From NCBI RefSeq assembly GCF_002571385.2, contig NW_019217881.1:13610-77609 (forward strand): a stretch of 64,000 bases of DNA, in the 5' to 3' direction. A program made the position numbers and the translations under genes. Of this stretch, positions 26,432 through 38,400 are shown piece after piece. The notes below the pieces were generated by a model. That model saw only the letters and a program-made list of their open reading frames with translations, did no database searches and was not told where the DNA came from. This stretch comes from Stylophora pistillata. Lineage: Eukaryota. Within the stretch, counting starts at the first letter, position 1. Each line of letters starts with the position of its first letter.

Positions 26432-29400
26432 TCAGCACCACTCTTCTTTATATCCATGCACACCCTCTGCATCAATATAGTAGAAACAAGATGTGCTTGG
26501 GAGGTGAGGTGCAAAGATGACCTGTAACTGTCTCTTGATTACAGGGTTCCTTTCCTGTGGGTTAAAATACAAACTAAGAAAACAGTTCTCCATAACCTGG
26601 TATTTCACCTTCATTAGAGTTAATGGACTCGGTCTACTTTGCAGCCATTGTTTGGTCTCGTCACACAGCACACTCTCTTCCCCACCAAACAATGGCTGCA
26701 AAGGAGACTAATATAGAGTGCAAAATTTGAGACAGTGGGACAAATTGTGATAAAACCATGGGCTTACGCTATTGTTACATTGTATCAGTTGCTCTGTGCG
26801 TGACAACATCAACCTTGTGGTAACCATACTTGACCAAGCCAGTCCAAGAGCTGGAATAACAGTTTTATTTCCACTTCTCAAGCTAGTTAAAAGAAAATCA
26901 GATGATAATAGGGACATTTTAATATGTGGAGTTCTCTCCTTTGCAGTAATAATTTAGCATTATCTCAATCTGAAGAATTTATGGTGACATTAAAATATCA
27001 CATTTAAGAATAAGGGTTTTCAAGTAAAATTTCTATTTTTTAAAATTTAAGTTGTTGTTGAGAACAAATGTACTCAAATAATACAAGTTTTTGTGCACTA
27101 TTCCTGTAAAAACCATTTGTTGGCTGAACTTGGGTTGATTGGTATATTTCCATTTAATGAATGAATGCAAAAGAAAAAATGCAAAGACGACACGAAATAA
27201 AGATTACCTGTTTCCCTCAGTTTGAATTACATCCGAGACCTAAATAGAAGGAATTGAAATGATTAATGACTTGAAATATGAATTACTTAATGGATATTTC
27301 ATTGCCATGTTCTGTTGATCCACTCAGGATGCAACATTTGCCAAATTCTCAAGACTAGGTAACGAAATATATCTCCAGTTTGAAGAATTTTCATTCAAAC
27401 CTGAGGGTTTAAATTTTAACTGATATGTTATTTAGAGGCTGAACATTAAAAAAATGGCTGAGATACAAACCTGGTTTACACACACTACTGGAAAAGAGTA
27501 AAGATGACTGAGTTTGTGAAGCTGTGCACCAAAACACCTTAAAACTTTTGCCCTCTTTGACATTTCTCCAAGTGAGTACTCCACACGAAAAAGAGCTGTA
27601 ATGGAGTCAATAATCACAAGCTTAATAGCTCTTCTGTGCAGCAGTAGTGGCAGACGATGTGTTATGATGTTTTGCAAGTCATCCTGTCAAATTTAGATTA
27701 AAAACAAGTAGGTCACAGCTTGAACTTGTTGTAAGTGTATGTAAGCTTCAGGTTCCTTTTCTTACCAAAGCTGCTCTCCCAAGAAGCAATGATATGCCAA
27801 GAAACCACGGATCGACGTCAGTTTCTAAGCAGTTGTGTACCCACCCCTCCCCTAACTCAACAACAGTCAGCTGATCGCAAGTTAGGGTTAATGTTCGAAT
27901 TACTAGTATCTAAATTCTCCTTACAATATCACCCTTGAACCAAACATTACAGTCACAAGAATAAAGGAAATGATCACCAACAAATGATACTCTTGATTGT
28001 TTATAAACAAATTCTCCATGTCAACACCTTAGAAAAAGTATGGAGAACATTATGGAGAATATGCATGCTGATGTTAAGGTTTAAGGGGTTGGGAGAGGGG
28101 TAGGTGTGCAGTTGCTTAGATATTGACATTGATTCAAAGTCTTTTACAAAGAAAAAGATCAGAGATCAAATTCTAATCATCAGAACTTACCACATCAGCT
28201 GCATGTTCAATGAAAACATTATAGCTGAGATTCCATTTACAACTAACTAGATGAACTGCTTGACTCTTGGTAAAACTCTGTATCAGCTGATGCAGTCTCT
28301 TGCTGGGGAAAACATCCTCAGTTGAAATGTAAACTGCACCTAACATGAAAGAAGACACTGTAATGGATAAACTTGAATTGAAACTATGAAAAATTATAAT
28401 ACCATATTTCCTTGAAAAAACACATAGGCACTTAATTTGAATTTCAGTTAAAAATATGGGAGCTGATTGGAAGGAGGGTGCTTAATAAAGGGGGGGTGCT
28501 TTTATACTCCAGTACTGATTCCACTGTAGCAGAAGCTTAAAAGGTTGTACAGTGGTAATAGAAACAGGTTTTCTTTTTTCCTACCATTTAGAAAGTGAGG
28601 GGGGCACTTATTTAAGGAGGGTGCTTTGCGCATTATCTTTCCTTATGCAAGCTATAACAGAGCGCTCAAAGAGGCAGGCATCTCCTCTCTTTACGACAGG
28701 AGAGCATCTCTATTGTTTGATCTTTTTAATGACATTGTTCTTGACATTAATCACAAGCTCGCAGGTCTGCTCCCACCTAAAGCTGAGCACCACAGGCAGC
28801 TGCGCAGCAATAGGAAGTTTAACGTGCCAGTGTGCAAGACTGATCGTCTTAAAAAATCTTTTGTTGTTAGCCATAGCCTAAGGATGTAAATATATATGTT
28901 TAAGTATGTATATTCTCTTAACACAAGATTATCCTAAGTGAAACGTTTTTATTAGATTTGTATATTTTTATTATTAAGATTTTCAAACTATTTTAACTAT
29001 GAATTTTGTTTCTTGTATATTATACACGTAATTCAGTCTTCGGACTGTGAGGTGTTTCTTTTTAATAAATGATTTATCTACCTGCTTGTTTGACAATACC
29101 TATGGGCAGTGCCCTTGTTTGAAGAAATATGGTACCATAGATACAAGGAACAATTAACCCTCAACTTTTCTAAAGATTAATTGTGGAGAACTTGAGTGGT
29201 GGAGTACACAGAATTATTATTAGCTCGCCCGGTAATTAGATTATTAGCTCACCCAGCAATTAGATCTGCCAAGGCCACTGGGGAAAGAGCTTTTTCGGTA
29301 GCTGCCCCATTTTTATGGAACTCTCTTCCGGAAAGCCTAAGGGCTGTAAGTGGTGTAAATATTTTTAAGAAACAACTGAAAACATATCTTTTTAAACAAG

Positions 29401-30663
29401 CATACTGTTAATTGTGTGAAGTATTTTAGACTCTGTACTATATAGATTTTTTATCGCTTTTTAATTTATTGTTAATATAATTTTGTTTTCATTTTGTAAT
29501 TTAACTATCATGTTCCCTACGGTTTCTTTTAGATATTTTTTAACTTATTGTAAAGTGCCTTAGATCATATTCTTATCATGAATTTTTGCTATAATATAAG
29601 TATTAAATTTATTATTTATTATCATTATTATCATTATTATTATTATTAAAGAGGGTCATCAAGAATAAAGATCAAGGGTTGAAAATTACCTTCTTCATAG
29701 TTGCTGGTAATAACAATGTGATCATCCTTTGGAGCTTTTAACACAAACAATTTTAAACATATTACATTGATCCAATGAAGAGCTATAAAGCTAAGAGAAC
29801 TAACAACCATGAACAAAAAAAAAACACACCTCCTTCAAGACCACCTTGTTCATGAGGTAACTGAACTGACAAGCAAAGTTGGAGGCAAACTTGTGTTTTA
29901 CCAGAGGAGCTTACTCCTGTAATCTCTGTGATGCCTTCACTCAGGATGCCCCCACGCAAGAAACCATCCAATATTTGGCACCCTAAAGACAATCTGTGTC
30001 CCTGTGAATCCCTATAAAGTGACAAAGCAGTTCTCATGGGTGGACAAGGGAGTGAAAGTGCAACAGCTTTAAGAAGAACAGAGACATCAAAAGAAGAAAG
30101 CTTTGTGGCTCTTTCCAGATCTGCAGCTGACATACAGAGAATCGTGGTCTTGTTTGTTAACTTTGCTGAAATTAGAGTAAAACAGACTACTGTAAGTGAA
30201 AAAAAAAAAAAAAACCAAAACAAAACAAAAGTAACACTTGTCAGACTGACCAATGAACTGATGGATTGTCTGATCAATGGACTGACTGACTTAGTGACAG
30301 TGTGACTGAGTGACTGACTGTCTGACAGACCGATCAATGGACGATTTAGTGAGAGTGATTGAGTGACTGATCGTCTGACAGACTGATCAATGGACTAACT
30401 GACTTAGTGACTAGGTGATTGAGTGACTGACCGTCTGACAGATTGATTACCTGACTGATTGTCTAACAGTCTGTCTGACTGACCGTCTGATTGACTCATC
30501 CACAGACTCTCTGACTAAATGATTGACCTACTGAAATGAAAAAGTGTATGGACAAAATCTGTCTCAAGACAGAAAGCAGAGTTTCCAAATCGCACAGGTT
30601 CTTACTCTTTTTTAGCGCTGTTATTATCCGAGGATGAACATCCAGTCTTTCTATGGTATTCAT
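26432..30663 (-). CDS. XRCC3: DNA repair protein XRCC3 (RAD51 paralogue)
   Basis: MNTIERLDVHPRIITALKK; Walker A GITEITGVSSSGKTQVCLQLCLSVQLP; GAVYISTEDVFPSKRL; Walker B LVIIDSI; VVCVNQV; PALGLAWS; VIFAPHLP. About 7 exons including a ~32-nt exon near 27208-27240. Confidence 0.92.
28402..29132. mobile_element. Tc1/mariner-type MITE carrying a nested LINE 3' fragment (~28625-29085)
   Basis: TA-ccatatttc ... gaaatatgg-TA ends. The insert encodes an RT C-terminal-like peptide (RIIFPYASYNRAL...CKTDRLKKSFV), then aataaa plus a tatcta tail; tgctt occurs at both junctions. Confidence 0.65.
29205..29648 (+). mobile_element. L2/CR1-group LINE 3' fragment
   Basis: GERAFSVAAPFLWNSLPESLR...FKKQLKTYLF, an AT-rich 3' UTR and an (att)n tail. 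Confidence 0.8.
30240..30530. repeat. Degenerate (CTGA/TGAC)n satellite with higher-order repeats in XRCC3 intron 1
   Basis: Recurring tctgacagac(t/c)gatcaatggac...ttagtga...gagtgactga. Confidence 0.8.
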
Positions 30664-31269
30664 TATGGATTCCTTTTCCTTTAAATTGAAAAGGATTTTA
30701 GTTTGGTACACTTTGTGGTCACGAGGATCCTAAATGTTTAAAACGAGCGCCCTGTTAAACTTCTCGCAAGGATTTATGGTACCGCTTTAGTTACCAGGTT
30801 CATCAAAGGAAACGTAGGCTCGCATATCGTGCAGGGTTTTATAAGGGTTAATCCTCCAAGACCTAAAAATAAACAGATAACGCTTCTAGTAGATAACACA
30901 ATGCATTCCCGGACTACTGGCGAACCTTCCTTATTTTCACCGTAGTTTAGAGGAGGAACGTCTCCAAATTTTCTTGTCGCCGACTGAGTATCCAACCAAC
31001 AACCAACCAACCAACCAACCAGTCGCCAACTGAGTATCCGCAAGAACTCAGTTGATATTACCTTGCCATATTATCTTGTGATGATCTGCAGAGGGCTTAA
31101 ATTAGGCCCTTGGATATGGGGCCATAACTTTGATTTTACGTGATTGTGCTTGCCTAATTTTCAACACAATTTGGAAAAAAACCAGCATAATTTTGAGCAT
31201 AATGTGAAAAAATCGGGCAATGCTCGTAGCTTAATATACTACTTTTAAAAGCACTATCTATAAGGGCCT

Positions 31270-32455
31270 AGGCGGAACTCAAGTAGTCATCGACGATGAA
31301 GCTGTAACATCTACTGACTGCTTGGAATTACTTGGGATATCTATAGATAGGCACCTTCGTTTTGATGAGCACACAAGTTTAATTTACGAGAAAAGCAGTC
31401 ATGCAGCGTGTAGGAGTCCTGATGCCACTCGGAAACTAATACACTACGGTGCCAAACTACAACTATTTAAAGCTGCTATTCTTCCCTGACTAACTTATTC
31501 GCACCTTGTTTGGCACCTCTGTCGTGCTAGCGACAGTAGAAAATTAGAACGTGTACAAGAAAGGGCACGTAGAGCCATTTGCTGCGACAGATCATCAAGT
31601 TATGGTAAATTACTGAATACAGCCGCTAATCTATGCAACCTACGCGGTAAGAGACGGTTACAGGATAAAGCTGATCTTATGTACAAGACAAAAAATAACA
31701 TTTGCCTGAAAAATATTGCAGACCTTTTCCACTGACAAACACCAAATATTCACTGAGAAACAAGGAGTTCGCGATGCCTAGATTTAAAACGACTACACAT
31801 GGAAAGCATTCTATCAAATTCATTGGCCCAAAGTTGTGGGGTCTAATACTTAGGCCCGGTTCAGAGCCGAACTCAACATGATTTGAATTTGGACCGACCC
31901 AAATTAAAAAAGGACGCCTGTTGATTCAGACGCCGTTATTTTTGGCCGTTCCAAATACAGTTCCAGTAAAACTAGTCACATTACTTGCGAAATACATTAT
32001 AATAGTTTATGCATTAGGATCGGCACATGAAAAGTACGACGTCTGAATCAAAGCCGTTCCAATGGCGTTCCAAAGGCGAAATTCTCGGCCAAGCCAGGCG
32101 GGAAGAACGGGTGAGCCGTTCCAAATTGATTCAGACGCCGATCTTTTCATGTACTTAATTCAAGGAATTAGGTTCGGCTCATGAAAAGATCGGCGTCTGA
32201 ACTGGGCCTTAAAAATCTATCTGCATTATCTGTATTGAGGCAGCGTATTAGAAAGCTTGATTTAAATTCCTCACTGGCCGATACTCATTGCTCTGATTGT
32301 ATTTCATGTCATACATAGTAAACAATTTAGTATTTTATTAAGTCTATGCACATGTAAATAATATTATCTACTACGTACTCGCCATTATCAACTGGAAATA
32401 GTGTTATTTATTTAAATTCTTTATTTTAATTTATTGATTATGTCCCCATTTAGTG
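31270..32455 (+). mobile_element. Decayed L2-type LINE 3' part, interrupted by a MITE
   Basis: Peptide remnants LELLGISID, KLQLFKAAILP, KLERVQERA, HGKHSIKFIGPKLW; resumes after the MITE with RIRKLDL...CSDCISC; (catt)n tail at ~32437-32455. Confidence 0.75.
31853..32208. mobile_element. PIF/Harbinger-type MITE
   Basis: TIR ggcccggttcaga(c)gccg / cggcgtctgaactgggcc, TTA duplicated on both sides, internal repeats of gattcagacg(c/t)cg in both orientations. Confidence 0.8.
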
Positions 32456-35400
32456 GTTCCTTACTGCTATTTCAGTTTGACACCTAAATAACAGTATTCA
32501 TTCATCCATTCATTCAACTAAACTCAGTTGACACAAATATTTTTCGGAGCTTTTCTTTTTTTACAATTATTTAATGGAGCTTTGATGATCGAAATCCTGA
32601 GATCAATGAAAATAGCAAATTCACCCTTTCTTCTCTAGATTGTCTTCAGTATTCCCTCTTAGAAAAGAATAGGAGCCAACCCCCTAACCCCTGAAAAGGT
32701 GCAGGGGGGGGGGGGGTGAAAGCGTCGCGATATATTCATGTTCCTTGAGAAGGAAAGTGGAGAAAACTCCTGTAGTTCAGTGCATACTTAGACAAAATAA
32801 CTCGAAGAACACTCAAACACCCCCTTCCCCCCTATACCTCGTGTGTTAACAGGCTAATCGCTAATTATCAAACAAAGCTGCCTCGTAAATAATTTGGATA
32901 GGAAGACGAGTGGGAGGGGGGAGGTGGTGATATTTTTCTTCATATTTTCTCGTGGGTTACATAGAACTTTCAGGTTGGTCAGAGGTCGTCCTCTTGTAGT
33001 TTACAGCATTATTATTGGTGAAACTGAGAAGTTTAAGGGGTCCGAAGTCAACAAGAACGCCAAAAATACATAAACAAACATATGATGGATCAAAGCTGTT
33101 TTGATACTTGTCCTAATATTCTGTGTCAGGTCAACATCAATAATGATTTTATTGTCCATATCACGCGACACACTGAACCTTGCTTTCTCACGCCATTCGT
33201 TCATTTTCTCCTTTATATTATTAGCTTGGGATCAAAATTATTTCACTTCTGCAATCAACTTTGAAATTTATTGATGGTTGAACATTGGTTGTAGCTGAGT
33301 AGCCCTGCGAAACAACTTCAGAATATAGCAGATTTGTGGCTTGTCTTGTGTACACAAGGTCCTTATCTTGAGGTCGGCACTTGTTACCAAAACAACCACC
33401 CACCGATAAGAGATTTTATGTTATTTAGATTTAGAGTGGTTAGAAAGTCAGAATAATGGACTTTTAGCCTGTTCAATACTGCCTACTTAAACATATTGCT
33501 CAGAAAGCGGAACGAAGTAATAAAGTGGGTGGACGGAAAAATTTTCAAACTGACACTGGTCGCTTGTTTGTGTCACAAATTGTTTTCTCTCGTTGAATGA
33601 ACACTCTCACCCATCTAAGTTAAGACTTCAAGCTCGCCCACCCCTTTTCAGTTGGAGGCCGATGAACTTTCCTTTGTCTCTGTCTATTTTTGTAGCTCTA
33701 GTTATACCTCTTTGCATAAGTTAGATTCCAGCGCTATCTTTTTTCAATCATTTTCGAGATTAACTTTTCAAATGGATCTTCTGCTGGCGAAAACGACGAA
33801 TCTGTGCGGCCTCCCATCATTAACACTGTTTTCAAAGCTCTTCGCTTTCTTTCGTTTTCTCTTGAACAGGTCACAAAGCTTTGTGGGGTCTTTTTTTTCA
33901 TTTCATCCATGAGTTCGTCTTGAGCACCAACCAGAACTACAAGCCACCTGCACTGCAAGATATTGACTCGCTAGGCGGGTGGTAAATTGCTTATTGACCG
34001 AGTCTTACTAGTCGGATGCGGCAAGGTGATGTAGGCTAGCGGCGTTTTCTATTCAAAGACAGCCGGTTTCTTCGACACTCGTGCACTGTATAGTGCAAAT
34101 TCTCGCAGGAGAGCACATGGATTTTCGTGTAAACTAGGAAAATCATATCGCAATATATGAGTAAATGAGTTAAGAATGTTTGAGTTAAGCCTTGAGAGGA
34201 GCAACCCTGGGAACTAGGGTGGAGGTCTGGTAAAGAAACCAACCAGAACTTCTTATTGCGTAATAAAAAAAGAAAGGCGCGCGCTCATTTGTCTCATAAC
34301 AATAGACAAGTTGATCAGGTTCTGTATCCGACTTGGAAAAAACAGCGATCGCAATAAAAAGGTCCCTCATTTCTTCGATTTGTCCACGAACGTTCCCGAG
34401 TGATTGAAAGGCGAGAAAAAGAATCAAAGTAAGTCCACTTTTAAAGGTTTTGAAAGTCTTAAAAAGATACAATTGATCAAAAGAGAATTATAGGATATTG
34501 CGTGGTTCTTAAAATAAACCAGCCATATGATTAGCCGAGATTGAAATGGCCATATCGCTCTCAAACCAGAGGCAATATTTCCACATTCCTGTATCGTTAA
34601 TGGGTTTCCTCGACGCAATCAAGTGCTTTTCAAGTGTGTCGCCCCTTCCCGGCACGAAACTGTTGAAGTTATTTTCTTGATTCAACAAAAGGTGACATAG
34701 CCGGAAGCGATTACAGATTCATAAAAGACTATGGAAACTAAATAGCATTAGTCTTTATTGTCGTTTGAACAATTCGCATAGGTGTAATTTTTGGTAAAGT
34801 ACTTCCCATGGTAACAGAGCTTATGTCGCCCACATGATTGGATTAACCGCTAAATTGCCTTGACCCATAGTCGCGTCTCAGCAGGTGTGTCACGCTCTAC
34901 TGTAAGTGTCACGCAAACCAGCAAAGTATCGACCAACGTTTGCCTGCACTTGCCAATATAAATATGTTCCTTCGTCGGTCAAGCAGACAATAGATACTGT
35001 CATAGTTTTTCCGTATAATCAGTCATAAAGACATGATCACTACGCTTTATACTACCTACACTGAAGAACCTCGCGTAAGGGTGAGTCAACAGGCAAATTA
35101 TTTGCCATCATTACATAGTATAAAGCCACATTTGGTTGTTCAGCCGGCTGTGAAAAACTAACTAACATGTGTTGTCATCCATATTAATACTTGGACTTTT
35201 TTGGAAGGACGCAAGCACCAAAACGGCGGTCGACGGGGAAAGTCGAAGGAAAATGGTGAGTTTTTCCGGGTTATTTCTATTTCTGGATTGTGTAAACCAC
35301 ATCTAGTTGTTTTTGACCCATCACCACTGAGCGTGAATATTGATCGAAAAAAATTCCGATAATTCTATGCTCCTAGCCTTTTGCATGAATCCTCGCTGAC

Positions 35401-38400
35401 AAAGGCGCAGTAAAGTGCTCACAAATTTCATAACTGCGAAAGATTCCCCGAACTCATGATATTTTTCGAATTCTAATTTATCGGTCTCTCACAGAAAGAA
35501 AGTAGTCTGAAAATTCTGCGGCGCAAAGTTCGAGGCTTCCGATCCCGTCTTGGCGCAAGTATAGGATTAAATAATGCTACACTTCTATTGTAATGAAGGT
35601 AAATGAAGGACTACTTAACACATATTTATCAACTGTTTATATCCATACACACAAGCGTAGTTTATTATCATTGCTTCAAATCAAATGCTACTGCTGAAGT
35701 TTCAAGTTTTTTTAAAGCAAGACTGTGTGTAAAAGAACCCCAAAAATGTAAGATTCCCGGAATGGAAGCTATGCGTAATATTCCGAAATCCTCGGCCTTA
35801 GCGAGGTGGCATTACGTCACATCTGCTGATTCCTTTGAAATAGGGAACTTTTGACCTCGGAGTATTGGTCGCAATACATCAATTAATGTGTGCGCTGGAA
35901 CATCACGTCAACGGACGGAATGTATCCATAATAAAAAGACAGTTCTCCGTTTTTATCATCGAGCCCCTCAGCAAAATTGACTGTTCATCGCGAGCAAGCG
36001 CTGTCTTTCCGCTGACTTTAAATGAAACTGAGCATAATTGATTTTACACAGTTTCCAGTTGCGTGACCAATTTATGGCTCCAATGCTTGCGTCGGCTGGC
36101 TTAAAACAGAGAAGCCAAACTCAATGATCTTTCATAGTCTTAACTTGCTCTTTCTAAACTTGATCGGGTCGATTCATTTTCTTTAACGAAATGGAAAAGG
36201 AAAAATCCGGTTACTTGCCGAAGATATGCCCGGGTTTGTAGTCTCGCAAAGTCTCGCCTTCTCGCTACCGCCTTCAAGAATTGAGAATTAAGAATTGAGA
36301 ATTGAGTGGAAGATATCGCGTACATGACTCCGAATTCTGAGAAACGAAAAATTTTGAAACCGACCGCAGTTAAGTCTCGTAAAAAAGGGAGAAGTCATCT
36401 TATTGGGGACAATGTAAACTGACTGAGCTAGGATGTGACCCCATAAATCAGACTATGAATATATAGCCGATTTATCAAGGGACAGTGGGAGGTCGTATTA
36501 TCTTATTGCCCAACACTGTGATATACTCAAAGAGGAAAATGACGAGATATACTCTGTACTGGTACGGAAAGGCGGGTAACTTAATACCAATCAAAACATC
36601 AGCCAAAGGGCTTGGAAGGAAGGTAGGAGTAGAAGGTGGTTAGGAAAAAAGAAGCAAAAGCTATTTAGACACGGACTCGGTATTTCCGGTTTCTTCCACA
36701 TTATTCACCCACTGAAAAAAAAATTATCAACTCAGAGATGGACCTCAGTGATCATGTGATTGTGTAAGGTGTTGTGTTGCTGCATGGGCTTTGTAAAGAT
36801 TAATAAAAGCTCTCCTTTCCGATTACATGTGTGTGTTGTTTTGTCATTAAATAAAAAATAACTACCAAAATAGGGAAAGAAATAAAGGAATAAAAAGGCC
36901 GGTCTCAGCAATAGTAGTTCGACAGGGTGGCTGTGCGTCCATTGCCTTCCAAGTCCATTTGGAATATTCGGAGTGCTGGTGTTTGAGTCAAGGAGTTCAC
37001 AAAATTTTCCTTCAAAACGAGTGATCTCTTTGGACCAATTGTTGATAGTGCCTGATCAAAAATAAAGTATTGCGCGATGTTAAGTTTATGAGCCGAATCT
37101 AATTTCCTGGTATACGATCACAAATTAAACAAGCAGCTAAAGAAAAACTTAATCAAAATAGAGGGATAAAACCAAACGAGTTTCTCACTATCTGGTTCCA
37201 GCGTCTGTCTTAGCAACGTTGGCTCGAAATTTTTACTCACTCTTTTGTTCTTTTGAAAACAGTGAAATGATAAGCAAAAAATTCGGCCAGGAAAAGCATG
37301 ATCGATTCAGATTTTTTCCGGTGCTTTTTTAAAAGGATTCATTACCTGAAAAAACAATTAGAACAAAAGCAAAATATAATCTTTAGGTAAATAACATTGT
37401 CGATTATAAACTTGTTAATCTCGAGTATCTAAATAAACGGTCTGAGAGGGAAGTGAAAGGTGAGCTAAAAATAAAGATGACAGAGCCACTTTAATATGAA
37501 ATGCCGCCTCTTTTGTCAGAATAAATAATAACACCTTTATAAGTTACATAAATGATTTCCAGGTCTGTTTTCCAAGAAGTGCTCTGAAAACTGAAGATGA
37601 AGTTGTTACTAGGAATCGCTCAAACATTGATTTTTAGTCTAGAGTTACAAAAAAATTACAATTCAGTTGAAAGGAAAAGCATTACCTTCTGCCAAAACAT
37701 TAAAATTAAAGTGTCAAGAAAAGGAAATGAAAACTTGGTTACAACTTTCAGGTAAATTAATACATGCAAATCAAGCGGTCTTAGCGAGGGAAAATTAAGC
37801 GAGAACAAAACCCAACATGTGAACAATTTTGACCCTGCTCATGATTAGTTAAAATATAGCGTCGTTGTTCTGATTGGTTTGTAGCTACTGCGCGCCTCAT
37901 GTTAGCCAATCAGAAAGCTCAGGAGAATAAATTACAAATGCGTAAGCTAACTGCTGTGTGAATTTTATTCCGTTATTGTCTGGGATAATTTAGTTCCGGC
38001 AGGTGAAAAGAGTGGATGCTATGAAGGCTTCATGTGGTTAAAAAGACTTGCTAGTTTTCAAGTCGCTAACTCCTCAAACCTGTGCGAGTTGATTCCCTGT
38101 TGTTGAGGTTACAGGTGTCGTACCCATCACCCTGTTTGCTTGTTCAGCGTGTAAGCATTTTGTTCTATGCATTTCTTAACCACAGTACATATGTTTAGAA
38201 AACCGCAAAGACCACATGTTACACCATCAAATAGCCTCTGGGGGTAAAAAAAAGATCTTGAGTTGTTGTTGCAAGTTTTCTCGAGAAGTGAAGTTCTTTT
38301 TAGGCCGAGCTTTAGCAATGAGTTTGTTGGCCTTCGGTCAAACTAAGTGAAATGTAAACGAGATATCGTCTCCCTCCATTCGGTCTATGATATTAGCTTT

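Noticed and set aside
26432-26434. Cys-TGA at the end of XRCC3 as selenocysteine
   Set aside because: XRCC3 homology has already ended there and I saw no SECIS-like stem downstream.
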